A stretch of DNA of 64,000 nucleotides from a virus (IMGVR_UViG_3300033066_001786:49119-113118); one strand, 5' to 3'. Counted from the stretch's first letter, positions 29,850-40,008 are shown. A program made the numbers and translations. Notes: a model not told the origin generated them from the letters alone.

Positions 29850-30574
29850 TCTTCGCCGTAAATTGTTAGTATTTTTGTTACAATCGGATCACGTTCTACG
29901 TGTGCTTTTGTAAAGTAGCACACTGCGATCTCTCGATAGCTTCGTCCTTCTATGCGGCCCAAGAAATCCTCTAAACCGTTCACACCCCTTCTGTCAGTCT
30001 GTCTCATATCGCCAGTAACAAACACTCTACTATTGCTACCCATTCTAGTTAATAAAACTTTAAGTTGCTCAACGGTGGAGTTCTGGCATTCGTCTGCTAT
30101 GATTGCACAGTTGTGGAAAGTTCTTCCTCGCAAAAATGCAAAAGGGCATATTTCTATATATTTGTCATATACCATACGCTGTATTTCAGCCGTAGACCAA
30201 TACTCTTCGAAAACATCAAATATAGGTTTAGTCCATGGTTCTAATTTTGCATTTATATCTCCCGGTAAGAAACCAAATTTCTCATCGTCAACCGTAACTG
30301 TTGGTCTAGTTATTACGATTTTGTCGATGTTACCTTCTTTAAAGTCTTTAATTGCTTGCAAAACAGCTAACATAGTTTTACCTGTGCCAGCAGATCCAAC
30401 TGCAAATATGATTCTTTTTTGTGGATTAGATAGGTAAGTGAAATATTCTTCTTGAGCTACGTTTTTGGGGATTATTTGGACTTTTGTTTTCTTACTGCGG
30501 TATGCACCGCCGCTTTCGTTTTTAACATCTTCTACTATATCTTTGAAAGTTTTCTTTCCGCTTTTTTTATGCAC
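29846..30574 (-). CDS. phoH: PhoH-family protein
   Basis: GSAGTGKT, ITRP, GFLPG, RGRTF, DECQN, GD..Q.D; GTG start after AGGAG; TTGCTAAATA at 30605-14. Confidence 0.93.
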   Translation of the reverse strand: MHKKSGKKTFKDIVEDVKNESGGAYRSKKTKVQIIPKNVAQEEYFTYLSNPQKRIIFAVGSAGTGKTMLAVLQAIKDFKEGNIDKIVITRPTVTVDDEKFGFLPGDINAKLEPWTKPIFDVFEEYWSTAEIQRMVYDKYIEICPFAFLRGRTFHNCAIIADECQNSTVEQLKVLLTRMGSNSRVFVTGDMRQTDRRGVNGLEDFLGRIEGRSYREIAVCYFTKAHVERDPIVTKILTIYGED

Positions 30575-30665
30575 AGTAAGGACTCCTAAAATTACGTACA
30601 ATAGTATTTAGCAAAAGTTAACCTAATTTAAAACATATGTGCAAATTTTTTAAATTGTCTAAAAT

Positions 30666-30675
30666 TTGATAAATA
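30666..30675 (+). promoter_or_regulatory. Late promoter TTGATAAATA
   Basis: Exact motif upstream of ORF 30698. Confidence 0.7.
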
Positions 30676-30697
30676 ATAGAAAAGACGAGTTATACAG

Positions 30698-31195
30698 ATG
30701 CCAATTGAACAAGATAGTGTAAAGGATATATTAGTTAGGGTATCAAACGATGTTACTGCTATGGATCTTTTGCTCGAATTTGAACGTTCCCTTGAGAACG
30801 CATGTATCTATGCCTATGAAAATTGGGAATACGGCGAAATAGTTGCTGGCCCAGAAATAAGCCGTTATTGGATAACAGTAACATTGATGTTCCCGGAAAC
30901 ATTGAAACCAGACCTTAATGCGCTAAAAAGACTAGAAAAGTACGGATGCATAATCGATTTAAAAACAGACATTTTTAAATATCCTATGCGAGTTAAAGGA
31001 CCACAGTCATATCGTGACACTAAATCTAAAAAGACAAGATTAGTAGATGTTAATGTGCAATTGATAAAAATAGATATGCCAAGAAGGTATATAGATGAGC
31101 GTATAACTGATCGACTATCTTCTAATACTACAACAGTTGACACAAGCGAACTAGATAGTGCATATACATCGCAAATGCCAACGGATAACGGTTAA
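30698..31195 (+). CDS. Hypothetical protein
   Basis: FER.L...YA..NW.YGE...GP..RYW pattern. Confidence 0.7.
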   Translation: MPIEQDSVKDILVRVSNDVTAMDLLLEFERSLENACIYAYENWEYGEIVAGPEISRYWITVTLMFPETLKPDLNALKRLEKYGCIIDLKTDIFKYPMRVKGPQSYRDTKSKKTRLVDVNVQLIKIDMPRRYIDERITDRLSSNTTTVDTSELDSAYTSQMPTDNG

Positions 31196-32049
31196 TGTTT
31201 TACGATTTGTATTTAATTAAAGACTATATTAATTTGTTATATCAAAACAACGAAGGTTGTAAATGTGTGGAGTTAGATAACAGGAATATGAATTTAAAAA
31301 ACGTGAAGCTTCATAAAGGTGTAGACCAAGTAGTTAGGTTCAAAGTATTTGATACTGATAGAAGGGTAGTGTCGATAGACCCTATGCGAGTCATTGCAAC
31401 TCTAATAGACAATAATAGTAGAGAACGTGTATTAGTAAAAGAGGCGTATTGTACCTCTACTAAAGGCGTAATAGAGCTACAAGTAACTGAGGGCGACTTA
31501 ATGAACATATCAACAGGTTACTATACTATGTCGATTGTTGCGCAAGAATATTCTATTCCAGAAGTAGAACAATACACTGTGTCGACACCTTTTTACACGA
31601 ATGCAGCAGGCGATATTAATTTAAATGTTGAAGTATTTGATAGCGTTGATAAAACACCGGTGCCAACGATTGAAATAGCAGATAGTAATTGGAACCTAAT
31701 AATCGAAGGTGTAGATAACCATGCAGTATATTACACTGGGCCGTACATGGCTAATTTGTTAAAAAATTATACATCGGGACTGCACACTATAGCATTGCAA
31801 ACAAACGACTATAGTGGCAAATTTGAAGTATTAGGTTCGTTAGAAAGCACACCGTCTTTAAATGCAGTTGATTATTTTGCGGTTAATTTTGCAAACGGTG
31901 AAGATAATGTAGTGTTCGACCATTACACTGGAATAGTATCGTATACGTTTAATGCTAACATAATGTGGTTAATGTTTAAACATACACCCGATGCACTATT
32001 ATTACCCGAAGACCAAGGAAATATCGCAAAAGTACAGTTGAGATCATGA
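31195..32049 (+). CDS. Putative virion structural (baseplate/tail-associated) protein
   Basis: Beta-rich; C-terminal LHTI...SG...GSL module also seen in ORF 36356. Confidence 0.55.
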   Translation: MFYDLYLIKDYINLLYQNNEGCKCVELDNRNMNLKNVKLHKGVDQVVRFKVFDTDRRVVSIDPMRVIATLIDNNSRERVLVKEAYCTSTKGVIELQVTEGDLMNISTGYYTMSIVAQEYSIPEVEQYTVSTPFYTNAAGDINLNVEVFDSVDKTPVPTIEIADSNWNLIIEGVDNHAVYYTGPYMANLLKNYTSGLHTIALQTNDYSGKFEVLGSLESTPSLNAVDYFAVNFANGEDNVVFDHYTGIVSYTFNANIMWLMFKHTPDALLLPEDQGNIAKVQLRS

Positions 32050-32050
32050 T

Positions 32051-32791
32051 ATGTTAAAAAGATTTGATTTAAAAAATACAGTTCTCCCAAAAATATCGAT
32101 TGACGAGTTCGAACCAAAGACCGGGAAAGTAGAAGAAGTTATAGTTGTTGCATTTTACACAATTGATCAAGACCCTGCCAATGATTTGTCTGAATTTTTA
32201 GATAAGTCGTTTTTGCCAATATTAGATGTAGAACCAAGCCCAAACCCAAATGATAAAGGTGAATTCTTAGTATTTGTTGAATTTAGGAGAAATACTAATT
32301 TTAATAATGTTTTTGAATCGTTGATTGCAGAGGTTGAAAATTTAACAAACGAGATGCGTTGGAAAGTAATGCCATATTTAGCCAAGCACACATATGATTT
32401 TAAATCGGGAGAATGGGCTAGATTTGTTATTGTTGAACCTTCTAAATATGTAAGTAGGAAGGAATTCTTACTGGGAATGAGAGACGGTATTAATATACAA
32501 GCTAAAGATTTTTTTAAAAACGAAGAAATTAAGGTAGACGAGAATAAAAGCAGCATATCGCTTACCCGCGGCAATCGTACTATTGTATTAGAAAAATACT
32601 ACTATGAAAAAGAATCAATATTATCCGAAGACGAAAAGTTCACATCTACTCCTATGATATTTGAAGGTAACTACGATGTGTCTGTACTTAGTGGCTTACT
32701 AGGCCCGAACTGGCTAGTTATACAGCACGGTCAAAATTTAATCATTAAAGAAAACAACAACGATATTATACTTTACGCAACCTTTCAATAA
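32051..32791 (+). CDS. Hypothetical protein
   Basis: IDEFEPKTG, FVEF.R motifs. Confidence 0.7.
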   Translation: MLKRFDLKNTVLPKISIDEFEPKTGKVEEVIVVAFYTIDQDPANDLSEFLDKSFLPILDVEPSPNPNDKGEFLVFVEFRRNTNFNNVFESLIAEVENLTNEMRWKVMPYLAKHTYDFKSGEWARFVIVEPSKYVSRKEFLLGMRDGINIQAKDFFKNEEIKVDENKSSISLTRGNRTIVLEKYYYEKESILSEDEKFTSTPMIFEGNYDVSVLSGLLGPNWLVIQHGQNLIIKENNNDIILYATFQ

Positions 32792-33492
32792 TGGACTTAT
32801 ATTCAATACTCGGGTTAGCATACCCATCTTCTGAAAATGAAATAAAAATATCATATAGGAAACTTGTAAACAGGTATCACCCTGACAAAAAAAATGGAAA
32901 TGAAGAAAAATTTAAAGAAATACAAAATGCGTATGATACTCTTAGTAATAGAGTTAAGAAAGAAAAATACGATAATGTCACATATAAAACTAGCAAGTAT
33001 ACTAATTATGGCAATTTCGGGTATAGCAGTGGAAAATATTATAACACGGATTATGATTATCGACTCGCAATAACACTTGAAGATGCATTTGTTGGGTCTA
33101 CGTTCGACACAGGGCAAGGACTATTAAAAATTAAAAAAGGTGCAAAAACAGGAGATAGGTATTCTCTTGGAAAGTTCACTGTAGAAATAATAGTCGAAGA
33201 TCATACTCTGTTTAGTAGGACTAATAATGATTTATTAGTTAAAATAGACATAGATTATATTAGTGCAATATTTGGTAAAAAACATACATTAATGATGTTA
33301 GATGGGAAATATATTGACGTAACTATACCAGAAATGGTATCTTATGATCAAGTAATAGTGTTAGAAAATAAAGGTATGTTTTGCGAAGACAAAAACAAAT
33401 ACGGAGACCTGTTTATTCAACTTAAATTGGTTCCTCCTACATACTTGACAAACCGACATAAGAGTGCTATATTGTCTGTACTTAATCAGTAG
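32791..33492 (+). CDS. dnaJ: DnaJ/CbpA-type co-chaperone
   Basis: J-domain with HPD, FKEIQNAY.TL, C-terminal GDL. Confidence 0.9.
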   Translation: MDLYSILGLAYPSSENEIKISYRKLVNRYHPDKKNGNEEKFKEIQNAYDTLSNRVKKEKYDNVTYKTSKYTNYGNFGYSSGKYYNTDYDYRLAITLEDAFVGSTFDTGQGLLKIKKGAKTGDRYSLGKFTVEIIVEDHTLFSRTNNDLLVKIDIDYISAIFGKKHTLMMLDGKYIDVTIPEMVSYDQVIVLENKGMFCEDKNKYGDLFIQLKLVPPTYLTNRHKSAILSVLNQ

Positions 33493-33495
33493 GAG
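33434..33495 (+). promoter_or_regulatory. sigma70-like promoter for clpA within an SD-masking inverted repeat
   Basis: TTGACA(33445)-N17-TATATT with extended TG; CTCCTAC/GTAGGAG. Confidence 0.7.
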
Positions 33496-33501
33496 TGTGT
33501 T

Positions 33502-35715
33502 ATGTCTTCAGATAAAGAGCGTGTATCCAAGGTACTTGAAAAAGCAGTAGGTACAGCAAAAGCAAACAATCACGAATATCTAACAGTCGATCATATCGCT
33601 GTTGCTCTTTTATGCGACACAGGGATTATAGATTTAATTAATGAAATTGGTGTAAACCCAAGTCAAGTTGAAAAAGATTTAATCGGATACATTTCTACTT
33701 ACGAAAGAATGATACGTCCAACTGATCCAAAAAGAACAAATGCACTTGAAAATCTACTTCGGATGTCAAAAGTATATGCGTCCATATCTGGCAAAGATAT
33801 GTCGCCAGAGACACTTCTAATTTGTATTTTAGGAGAACCAAGTGTTGCTAATTCAGGTGCATGCTACGTTTTTGACAAGCATGGTATCGTAAAAGACGAA
33901 GTAGTCGAAATACTGAAAAAGAAAACAGTAGGCAGCGAAGAAGGCACGTTACTCGACCAATTTTGCCGAAACTTAAACGAAGATGCACAAAACGATCTTG
34001 TCGATCCAGTTATTGGGCGAGAAAAAGAAGTCCAGGACACTATTGAGATTCTTGCAAAACGTAAGAAAAATAACGTAGTGTACGTCGGTGCGCCAGGTAC
34101 GGGTAAATCTGCACTTGCTGAAGGTCTTGCAAAAAAGATCATTAATAAGGAAGTGCCCGCTGCAATACAAGAAAAAGTAGTGTACAGTTTAGATGTTCCT
34201 GCAATGTTAGCCGGGACAAAATATCGCGGCGAATTCGAAGAAAGATTTAAAGGTGTCCTTAAGGAAATTAAAAAGAAAGGAAACGTAATCCTGTTCATTG
34301 ACGAAATACACATGATTATGGGTGCAGGTTCGTCATCTGGCCAGCCAATGGATGCAGCAAATATGCTGAAACCGATGTTAGCTAAAGGCGAACTGTGTTG
34401 TGTAGGTGCTACTACATATGACGAATATTCTTCGCATATGGAGAAAGACAAAGCACTTATGCGTAGATTTCAAAAAATCGACGTTGAACCAACATCAGTC
34501 GAAGATACTAAGAAAATACTGCATTCCGTAAAAGGTTACTATGAGAATTTCCATAAAGTAACATACGAAGAAGGTGCTCTTGATTTAGCTGTTGAATTAG
34601 CAGACAAGTACATTAAAGGTAAGTTCTTCCCAGACAAAGCATTTGACGTTATCGATTCTGCAGGCGCTAAAGCAAAACTTGAAGAGAACCCAATTGTGGA
34701 TTCTAAGTTAATAATGGAGAGGGTATCTAAGATTAGTCGTGTACCTATGTCAATGATCGACGTAGATGAAAGTTCGTCGCTTGAAAACCTTGACGTGAGA
34801 TTGAAGGCTAAAGTTTTTGGCCAAGAAAAAGCAATAGACGAAATGGTTTCTGCAATTGCAATTTCAAAAGCAGGTTTGCGAGATAAAAACAAACCGATTG
34901 GTTCTTACTTGTGCGTTGGATCAACAGGCACAGGCAAAACTTTTCTTGCTAAACAGTTAGCAGAGATGCTTGGTTCCAAGCTTGTACGCTTTGATATGTC
35001 TGAGTATCAAGAAAAGCATAGTGTTTCTAAATTGATTGGTGCACCCCCAGGGTACGTAGGTTACGGTGTCGGCGAAGCAGGTTCTGGCCAGCTTATTGCA
35101 GAAATTGAAAAAAATCCTAACTGTGTACTGTTGTTAGACGAAGTAGAAAAAGCTGCACCGGAAGTAATGACAGTATTGCTTCAAGTAATGGACGATGGTC
35201 GTCTAACGTCTAATACTGGTAAGGTTGTAGATTTTAGTAATGTTATATTAATCATGACGAGCAACTTAGGTGCACGTGATGCTGAAAAAAATAGCATTGG
35301 CTTTATGAAAGAAGCCGGTAACCCGACTGCTTCAGACGATGCAATTAAAACTTTCTTTGCACCTGAGTTTAGAAACAGACTTGACGGTGTAATTAAGTTT
35401 AATAAGCTAACACATAACGAGATTGACATGATTGTTAATCGGACTGTTAAAGAGCTTGAATTGCTAGTCCAAGAAAAGAATATTAAAATTAACGTGTCGA
35501 TTACTGCACGTAAGTGGCTTGCCGAAAAAGGATTTGATGCAGAATTTGGTGCAAGACCTCTTGCACGTATTATTCAGGAAAATATTAAAAAGCCACTTAG
35601 TAAAGAAATGCTGTATGGCAATCTCAGAAACGGCGGCAATACTATTATTGATGTTGAAGATGATCAAATAGTATTGCGTTCTACTAAAATCGAAGTTAAG
35701 TCGGAAGTAATCTAA
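33502..35715 (+). CDS. clpA: ATP-dependent Clp protease ATPase ClpA
   Basis: HEYLT..H, DPVIGRE, two AAA domains, RFDMSEYQE, IGF loop, no ClpB middle domain. Confidence 0.93.
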   Translation: MSSDKERVSKVLEKAVGTAKANNHEYLTVDHIAVALLCDTGIIDLINEIGVNPSQVEKDLIGYISTYERMIRPTDPKRTNALENLLRMSKVYASISGKDMSPETLLICILGEPSVANSGACYVFDKHGIVKDEVVEILKKKTVGSEEGTLLDQFCRNLNEDAQNDLVDPVIGREKEVQDTIEILAKRKKNNVVYVGAPGTGKSALAEGLAKKIINKEVPAAIQEKVVYSLDVPAMLAGTKYRGEFEERFKGVLKEIKKKGNVILFIDEIHMIMGAGSSSGQPMDAANMLKPMLAKGELCCVGATTYDEYSSHMEKDKALMRRFQKIDVEPTSVEDTKKILHSVKGYYENFHKVTYEEGALDLAVELADKYIKGKFFPDKAFDVIDSAGAKAKLEENPIVDSKLIMERVSKISRVPMSMIDVDESSSLENLDVRLKAKVFGQEKAIDEMVSAIAISKAGLRDKNKPIGSYLCVGSTGTGKTFLAKQLAEMLGSKLVRFDMSEYQEKHSVSKLIGAPPGYVGYGVGEAGSGQLIAEIEKNPNCVLLLDEVEKAAPEVMTVLLQVMDDGRLTSNTGKVVDFSNVILIMTSNLGARDAEKNSIGFMKEAGNPTASDDAIKTFFAPEFRNRLDGVIKFNKLTHNEIDMIVNRTVKELELLVQEKNIKINVSITARKWLAEKGFDAEFGARPLARIIQENIKKPLSKEMLYGNLRNGGNTIIDVEDDQIVLRSTKIEVKSEVI

Positions 35716-36092
35716 TGGCACACCATAATAGTGTTGAACTATTATCGGATTTGCAGATAAATGATACTTTATTTTATAGAGGGGATAAAGTATCAATTTA
35801 TCGCATAACAGACGATAACGGAATACTATTGTCTAATGGTGTGTGGGTTTGCAGGTCCGATTTATACGAAGTTGTGCCTTCGATTAATTCTGTATCTAAC
35901 GATGCAAAGATTCGATTCATGGAAAAGTATGTTGCTTCGTACTTGGCTGCAGAAATGGCAAACTATCCAAAACACCGTGACCCACATGTTTTTGCTGAAA
36001 ATAACCAGCCGGTTGAAGATGCAGAATGTTGTGCAGAAATGGCGTGGGATTTATTAAACAAACATTGCTCAAAAAGAGATTATTTTAAATAG
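35715..36092 (+). CDS. Hypothetical protein
   Basis: TAATG-coupled. Confidence 0.6.
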   Translation: MAHHNSVELLSDLQINDTLFYRGDKVSIYRITDDNGILLSNGVWVCRSDLYEVVPSINSVSNDAKIRFMEKYVASYLAAEMANYPKHRDPHVFAENNQPVEDAECCAEMAWDLLNKHCSKRDYFK

Positions 36093-36101
36093 GCAAAGAA
36101 C

Positions 36102-36320
36102 ATGACTAAAAAACTAGAAACATTAGAGGAATTTAACAAAAGAAAAATGCAAACACATTTGCATATTAAGAACGGAGGAAGCATCGGTAACGGTATTGCA
36201 TGCCCTTGCTGTGGCAATGAGCTTTGTGACAGTAATCACACTACTATCTTAACTAGTTACCCTCCGCAAATTAGAGTCGAGTGTAAGCATTGCAATCATA
36301 AAGGGACAAGAGTTCTTTAA
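36102..36320 (+). CDS. Zinc-ribbon protein
   Basis: CPCC...CKHC. Confidence 0.65.
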   Translation: MTKKLETLEEFNKRKMQTHLHIKNGGSIGNGIACPCCGNELCDSNHTTILTSYPPQIRVECKHCNHKGTRVL

Positions 36321-36349
36321 AGTTTTGATAAATATACAAAACAAGGAAT
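36312..36349 (+). promoter_or_regulatory. Late promoter in the loop of an SD-masking hairpin
   Basis: GTTCTTT/AAGGAAT and GTTTTG/CAAAAC around ATAAATATA. Confidence 0.6.
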
Positions 36350-36355
36350 AGTTTC

Positions 36356-36742
36356 ATGGCAATCCAAAGAACAGTAGTAATGATGACTAACACTTCTGGG
36401 CAGTACACTGTAACCGGAGATAAATATCGCGCCGATAGTTGGTGGGGATATACTGACGGTCTGCATACGATACAAGTTAAGTATAGTAACCTTGACGGTT
36501 CTTTTGGTGTTGACGGTACACTATCTTTGTCGCCAAGTGAAAACGATTGGTTTCCTATACCACTTAGCGATTCGGCTGACACTATTTTGTTTGATGTAGA
36601 ATCTGGTACAAAAGCATATACTTTTACGGGCAATTATACTTATTTAAGGGCAAAATTAATTAGACCTGAAGTGGTAACATTACCTACTCAAATGGAAATA
36701 GAAGCAATGGGTTCAATTGATAAAGTAATATTGGCAATGTAA
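36356..36742 (+). CDS. Putative virion structural protein
   Basis: DGLHT, FTGNYTYLRA; late promoter; next to tail fibre. Confidence 0.6.
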   Translation: MAIQRTVVMMTNTSGQYTVTGDKYRADSWWGYTDGLHTIQVKYSNLDGSFGVDGTLSLSPSENDWFPIPLSDSADTILFDVESGTKAYTFTGNYTYLRAKLIRPEVVTLPTQMEIEAMGSIDKVILAM

Positions 36743-36777
36743 CTTATTTCTACCTTACGATGTAAGGTTTATATTCT

Positions 36778-36799
36778 ACCCCGCAGTTGCGGGGTTTTT
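36778..36799 (+). terminator. Intrinsic terminator
   Basis: ACCCCGC-AGTT-GCGGGGT plus T-tract. Confidence 0.85.
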
Positions 36800-36811
36800 A
36801 ATGACTAAAAT

Positions 36812-36821
36812 TTGATAAATA
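36812..36821 (+). promoter_or_regulatory. Late promoter TTGATAAATA
   Basis: Exact motif after terminator, before tail fibre. Confidence 0.7.
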
Positions 36822-36847
36822 TAAGAAAGACTGCCTGCAGGAAAAAT

Positions 36848-39800
36848 ATGGCCACATTTTTAAGTTTAGATGATACCTCGAACACCCCCATACCAAATGG
36901 TTATCTACGTTGGAACAGTGCAGGCGATAACATTTTATATGAAACGTCTGTATCTGCTTTAAACGTAACAGGGTTAGCCACTGTTGCTACTAGCGGGGAT
37001 ATAGGGGATTTAGCTAACGTTGATGTTACAGGCGTAGTAGATAACTATATTTTGACATATAATGCAACTACTAGTAAATGGGAAGCAAAAGTCAACGATG
37101 GTGGCATGCTATCTTCTTTTTCATTATCTGATATAAGTGATGTCATTATATCAACACCTATTGCAGGTAAAATTCTATATTTTGACGGTACGGACTGGGT
37201 AGACCATAGATTGAATTATGCAACTGATATAGACGGTATACCATCAAACAATACATATTCTTTTATTGGTTTAAGTGACACAAATAATGCATCAGTTGGA
37301 AACGGTTATTTAAAATGGTCAAGTGGCGGCACTGCTATAGAATATGTAACTTCTATACCTTCTAGTGCAATAACTGGTTTGGCAGATGTGGCAACTTCAG
37401 GTGATTATGTCGATCTAATTAACCCACCTACTATTTACACACAATTAAATGATTTGGAAGATGTGGATGTTTTGTCGTTAGCCGACCAAGATGTTTTACT
37501 CTGGAATGCAACTTCTAGCAAATGGACATCGCAATCATGGACTACTAGCTCGCCTACTTCTTTTATATCTTTAACAGATACAGTTAATACAATTGTGCCA
37601 GACGGGTATTTACGTTGGAATAGTGTAGGTTCTGCAATAGTGTACCAAACAGCAATAGCTTCGTCGGACATTACCGGTTTAGCAGATGTTGCAACTTCAG
37701 GTGATTACACTGATTTAATTAATAAGCCCGATTATACATTTGCTACGTTAGGTGACACCGCAGGTGCAGGTACTGCAGATTATTTCTTAAGATGGGACGG
37801 GTTAGGACTTCAAGTAGCTTACCAACAATATATTGATGCAACAACTGATATTTCTAATTTAGCAGATGTTGCAACTTCAGGTGATTACACTGATTTAATT
37901 AATAAGCCTGCTAATACTTTATTAGGTTTAAGCGATACATCTAATAGCTCTCCTGCAGACGGTGCATATGTTATGTGGTCTACTGGGTCGGGCGAATTTG
38001 TCTACACAACCGGCATTACTGTTGATGTGTTAGACGTTACGTCACTACAACAAGTTGCAATAGATGGCTGGTTAGATAGTTTAAACGATGTAGTTATTGA
38101 TTCGCCCTTTGATAAGCAAATACTGCAATACGACGGTACGGACTGGGTAAACACATATCTTGATAATTCTAGAACGTGGACTGTTGTGTCTGCATCTTTT
38201 TCTGCAACAAAAAATAGGTCATATATTGTAGATACTTCCTCAGCTGTAGTAACTATAACTTTACCAAGTTCGCCTGTTGCAAATGATTATATACGTATAG
38301 CAGATTATGCTGGTACTTTTGAATTGCACTCGTGCATCATTGCAAACAACTCAGATAAGATTCTAGGCGAAGTAAAAGATTATATATTAGCAACTAATAA
38401 TGCCTGTGTTGAATTAACCTATGTTGACTCAACATACGGATGGAGAATAACATCTGGAAACGGCGAAAAATATAATTGGCAGGAAATTAGCGGTGATTAC
38501 ACTGCAGATCCAAACGAGGGTTTATTGTTAGATACTACAGTTGACGGACCTATAACAATAACGTTGCCGCCTATTACAATTACTAGACTATACGATACAG
38601 TTAAGATTGTAGACTTAGTCGGAAATTTTAACGTAAACTCTTGTATTGTTGCACGTAACCTTTCGGACGCATCGCCTGCTAAAATAATGGGAGATACAGA
38701 CAACTTAGTAGTTACAGCAAAAAATATATCGCTTGAATTAACGTATGTTGGCGGAACAACAGGTTGGGTAATTACAGACGGTCTTGCTGAAATAGAATTT
38801 GAAAATACTGACATTTTAGTAGATACTACTCTATATGTCGACATTTCGGGCGACGATGTTTTAGGAACAGGTACAATCTTAGCACCATATGCAACCCTTG
38901 CGGGTGCATTAAGTGCAGTAGATAAAAGATACATTGCAAACGATGTATTTTTAACTATAGATGTTGGTGCTGCAAACTACGGTGCTAACGTACCGACAAT
39001 AATATCTCACCCGCAAGGAGATCGTATTAAAATAGAAGGCGCAGCACCGACTGTAACTGCTAACATAACAAGTGTAAACGGAACTCCAACATCAACTTCT
39101 TTCTCGATTAACGTGTCTAGTGTTGCAGGTATATCCACTGGCCAATTTGTTAAAATTAAAAATACCTCGGGAACAGGATACCATACTTTAATACGCGGTA
39201 TATATTCTATTATCGATACTGGTCCAACATATATAACTGTTGATTTAAATTACCAAGGAGAAGTTTCTGATTTAGAAGGTATTGTATTAACTGGCGGAGA
39301 TATTGAAATACAAAAAACCATATTAACATACGGCGGAGTATCTGGTATTGTATTAAACGGCAGTAAAATTAATTCAATTAATAATATTACAATTGTGGGC
39401 GATAATACAGTAAATACATATGGTGTTTTGTGCGGACAAGACGACAACGACATGGGAAGTACATCTAACACTGGAGGGTCTATATCCTTTGGTTCAAACG
39501 TAAACATATATTTGTTTGGCGGCAGTGCAGTTTATTGTTCGTATAATAGTTTTGTTTCGGCTAGCTATGCTTACATGACTAGAAACAAAAACGGATTGTA
39601 TGCATCTTACAACGGTGTAATCCGTTCGGCAGAATCTATAATTACTAATACACCCGAAGTTGCAGCAAAAGCATCATATGGCGGCGTAATAGATTTAAAA
39701 GATGAAGAAATTTATGGAACTGGCAAACAAGCATTTAAAGCAGTTAATCGAGGAACTATAAAGTCAGATTCAACTGGAGTAACAGACAGGAACGATTTAA

Positions 39801-39934
39801 CAAGTTCTGGCCAGATTGTATATGCATCGGGTATGTCGGCTATATTTATGGCGGATTTTTCCGGCAGCGGAGTATCTTATAGTCCAACATATAATAGTGT
39901 TGGCAATGGCAATTCTTTTATTGGCGCAATCTAA
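36848..39934 (+). CDS. Tail fibre/tailspike-like protein
   Basis: LADVATSGDY.DL.NKP and L.D..DV..L.YDG..W repeats, ITLP modules, C-terminal beta-helix-like region; start corrected to ATG 36848. Confidence 0.85.
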   Translation: MATFLSLDDTSNTPIPNGYLRWNSAGDNILYETSVSALNVTGLATVATSGDIGDLANVDVTGVVDNYILTYNATTSKWEAKVNDGGMLSSFSLSDISDVIISTPIAGKILYFDGTDWVDHRLNYATDIDGIPSNNTYSFIGLSDTNNASVGNGYLKWSSGGTAIEYVTSIPSSAITGLADVATSGDYVDLINPPTIYTQLNDLEDVDVLSLADQDVLLWNATSSKWTSQSWTTSSPTSFISLTDTVNTIVPDGYLRWNSVGSAIVYQTAIASSDITGLADVATSGDYTDLINKPDYTFATLGDTAGAGTADYFLRWDGLGLQVAYQQYIDATTDISNLADVATSGDYTDLINKPANTLLGLSDTSNSSPADGAYVMWSTGSGEFVYTTGITVDVLDVTSLQQVAIDGWLDSLNDVVIDSPFDKQILQYDGTDWVNTYLDNSRTWTVVSASFSATKNRSYIVDTSSAVVTITLPSSPVANDYIRIADYAGTFELHSCIIANNSDKILGEVKDYILATNNACVELTYVDSTYGWRITSGNGEKYNWQEISGDYTADPNEGLLLDTTVDGPITITLPPITITRLYDTVKIVDLVGNFNVNSCIVARNLSDASPAKIMGDTDNLVVTAKNISLELTYVGGTTGWVITDGLAEIEFENTDILVDTTLYVDISGDDVLGTGTILAPYATLAGALSAVDKRYIANDVFLTIDVGAANYGANVPTIISHPQGDRIKIEGAAPTVTANITSVNGTPTSTSFSINVSSVAGISTGQFVKIKNTSGTGYHTLIRGIYSIIDTGPTYITVDLNYQGEVSDLEGIVLTGGDIEIQKTILTYGGVSGIVLNGSKINSINNITIVGDNTVNTYGVLCGQDDNDMGSTSNTGGSISFGSNVNIYLFGGSAVYCSYNSFVSASYAYMTRNKNGLYASYNGVIRSAESIITNTPEVAAKASYGGVIDLKDEEIYGTGKQAFKAVNRGTIKSDSTGVTDRNDLTSSGQIVYASGMSAIFMADFSGSGVSYSPTYNSVGNGNSFIGAI
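37678..37908 (+). repeat. Two identical 51-bp direct repeats in the tail fibre gene
   Basis: 37678-37728 = 37858-37908. Confidence 0.9.
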
Positions 39935-39951
39935 AAAATATTTAAAAAGTA

Positions 39952-40005
39952 TTGTTTCTATGTGATTTTTCCTTTATTATTACTGAATAAAATAATAAGG
40001 GAAAA
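39952..40005 (+). promoter_or_regulatory. sigma70-like promoter with 15-bp SD-masking hairpin
   Basis: TTGTTT-N17-TATTAT; TTTTCCTTTATTATT/AATAATAAGGGAAAA. Confidence 0.65.
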
Positions 40006-40008
40006 CAT

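Noticed and set aside
30652-30691. SD-masking hairpins at late promoters 30666, 2968 and 56896
   Set aside because: Only short G-U-rich pairings, plausible by chance in AT-rich DNA.
36812-36847. TTG starts given by the ORF track at 36812 and 54001
   Set aside because: These TTGs are the promoter motif itself; downstream ATGs at 36848 and 54037 follow SD-like sequences.
37678-37908. Diversity-generating retroelement TR/VR pair
   Set aside because: Copies are identical with no adenine-specific mismatches, and no reverse transcriptase is present.
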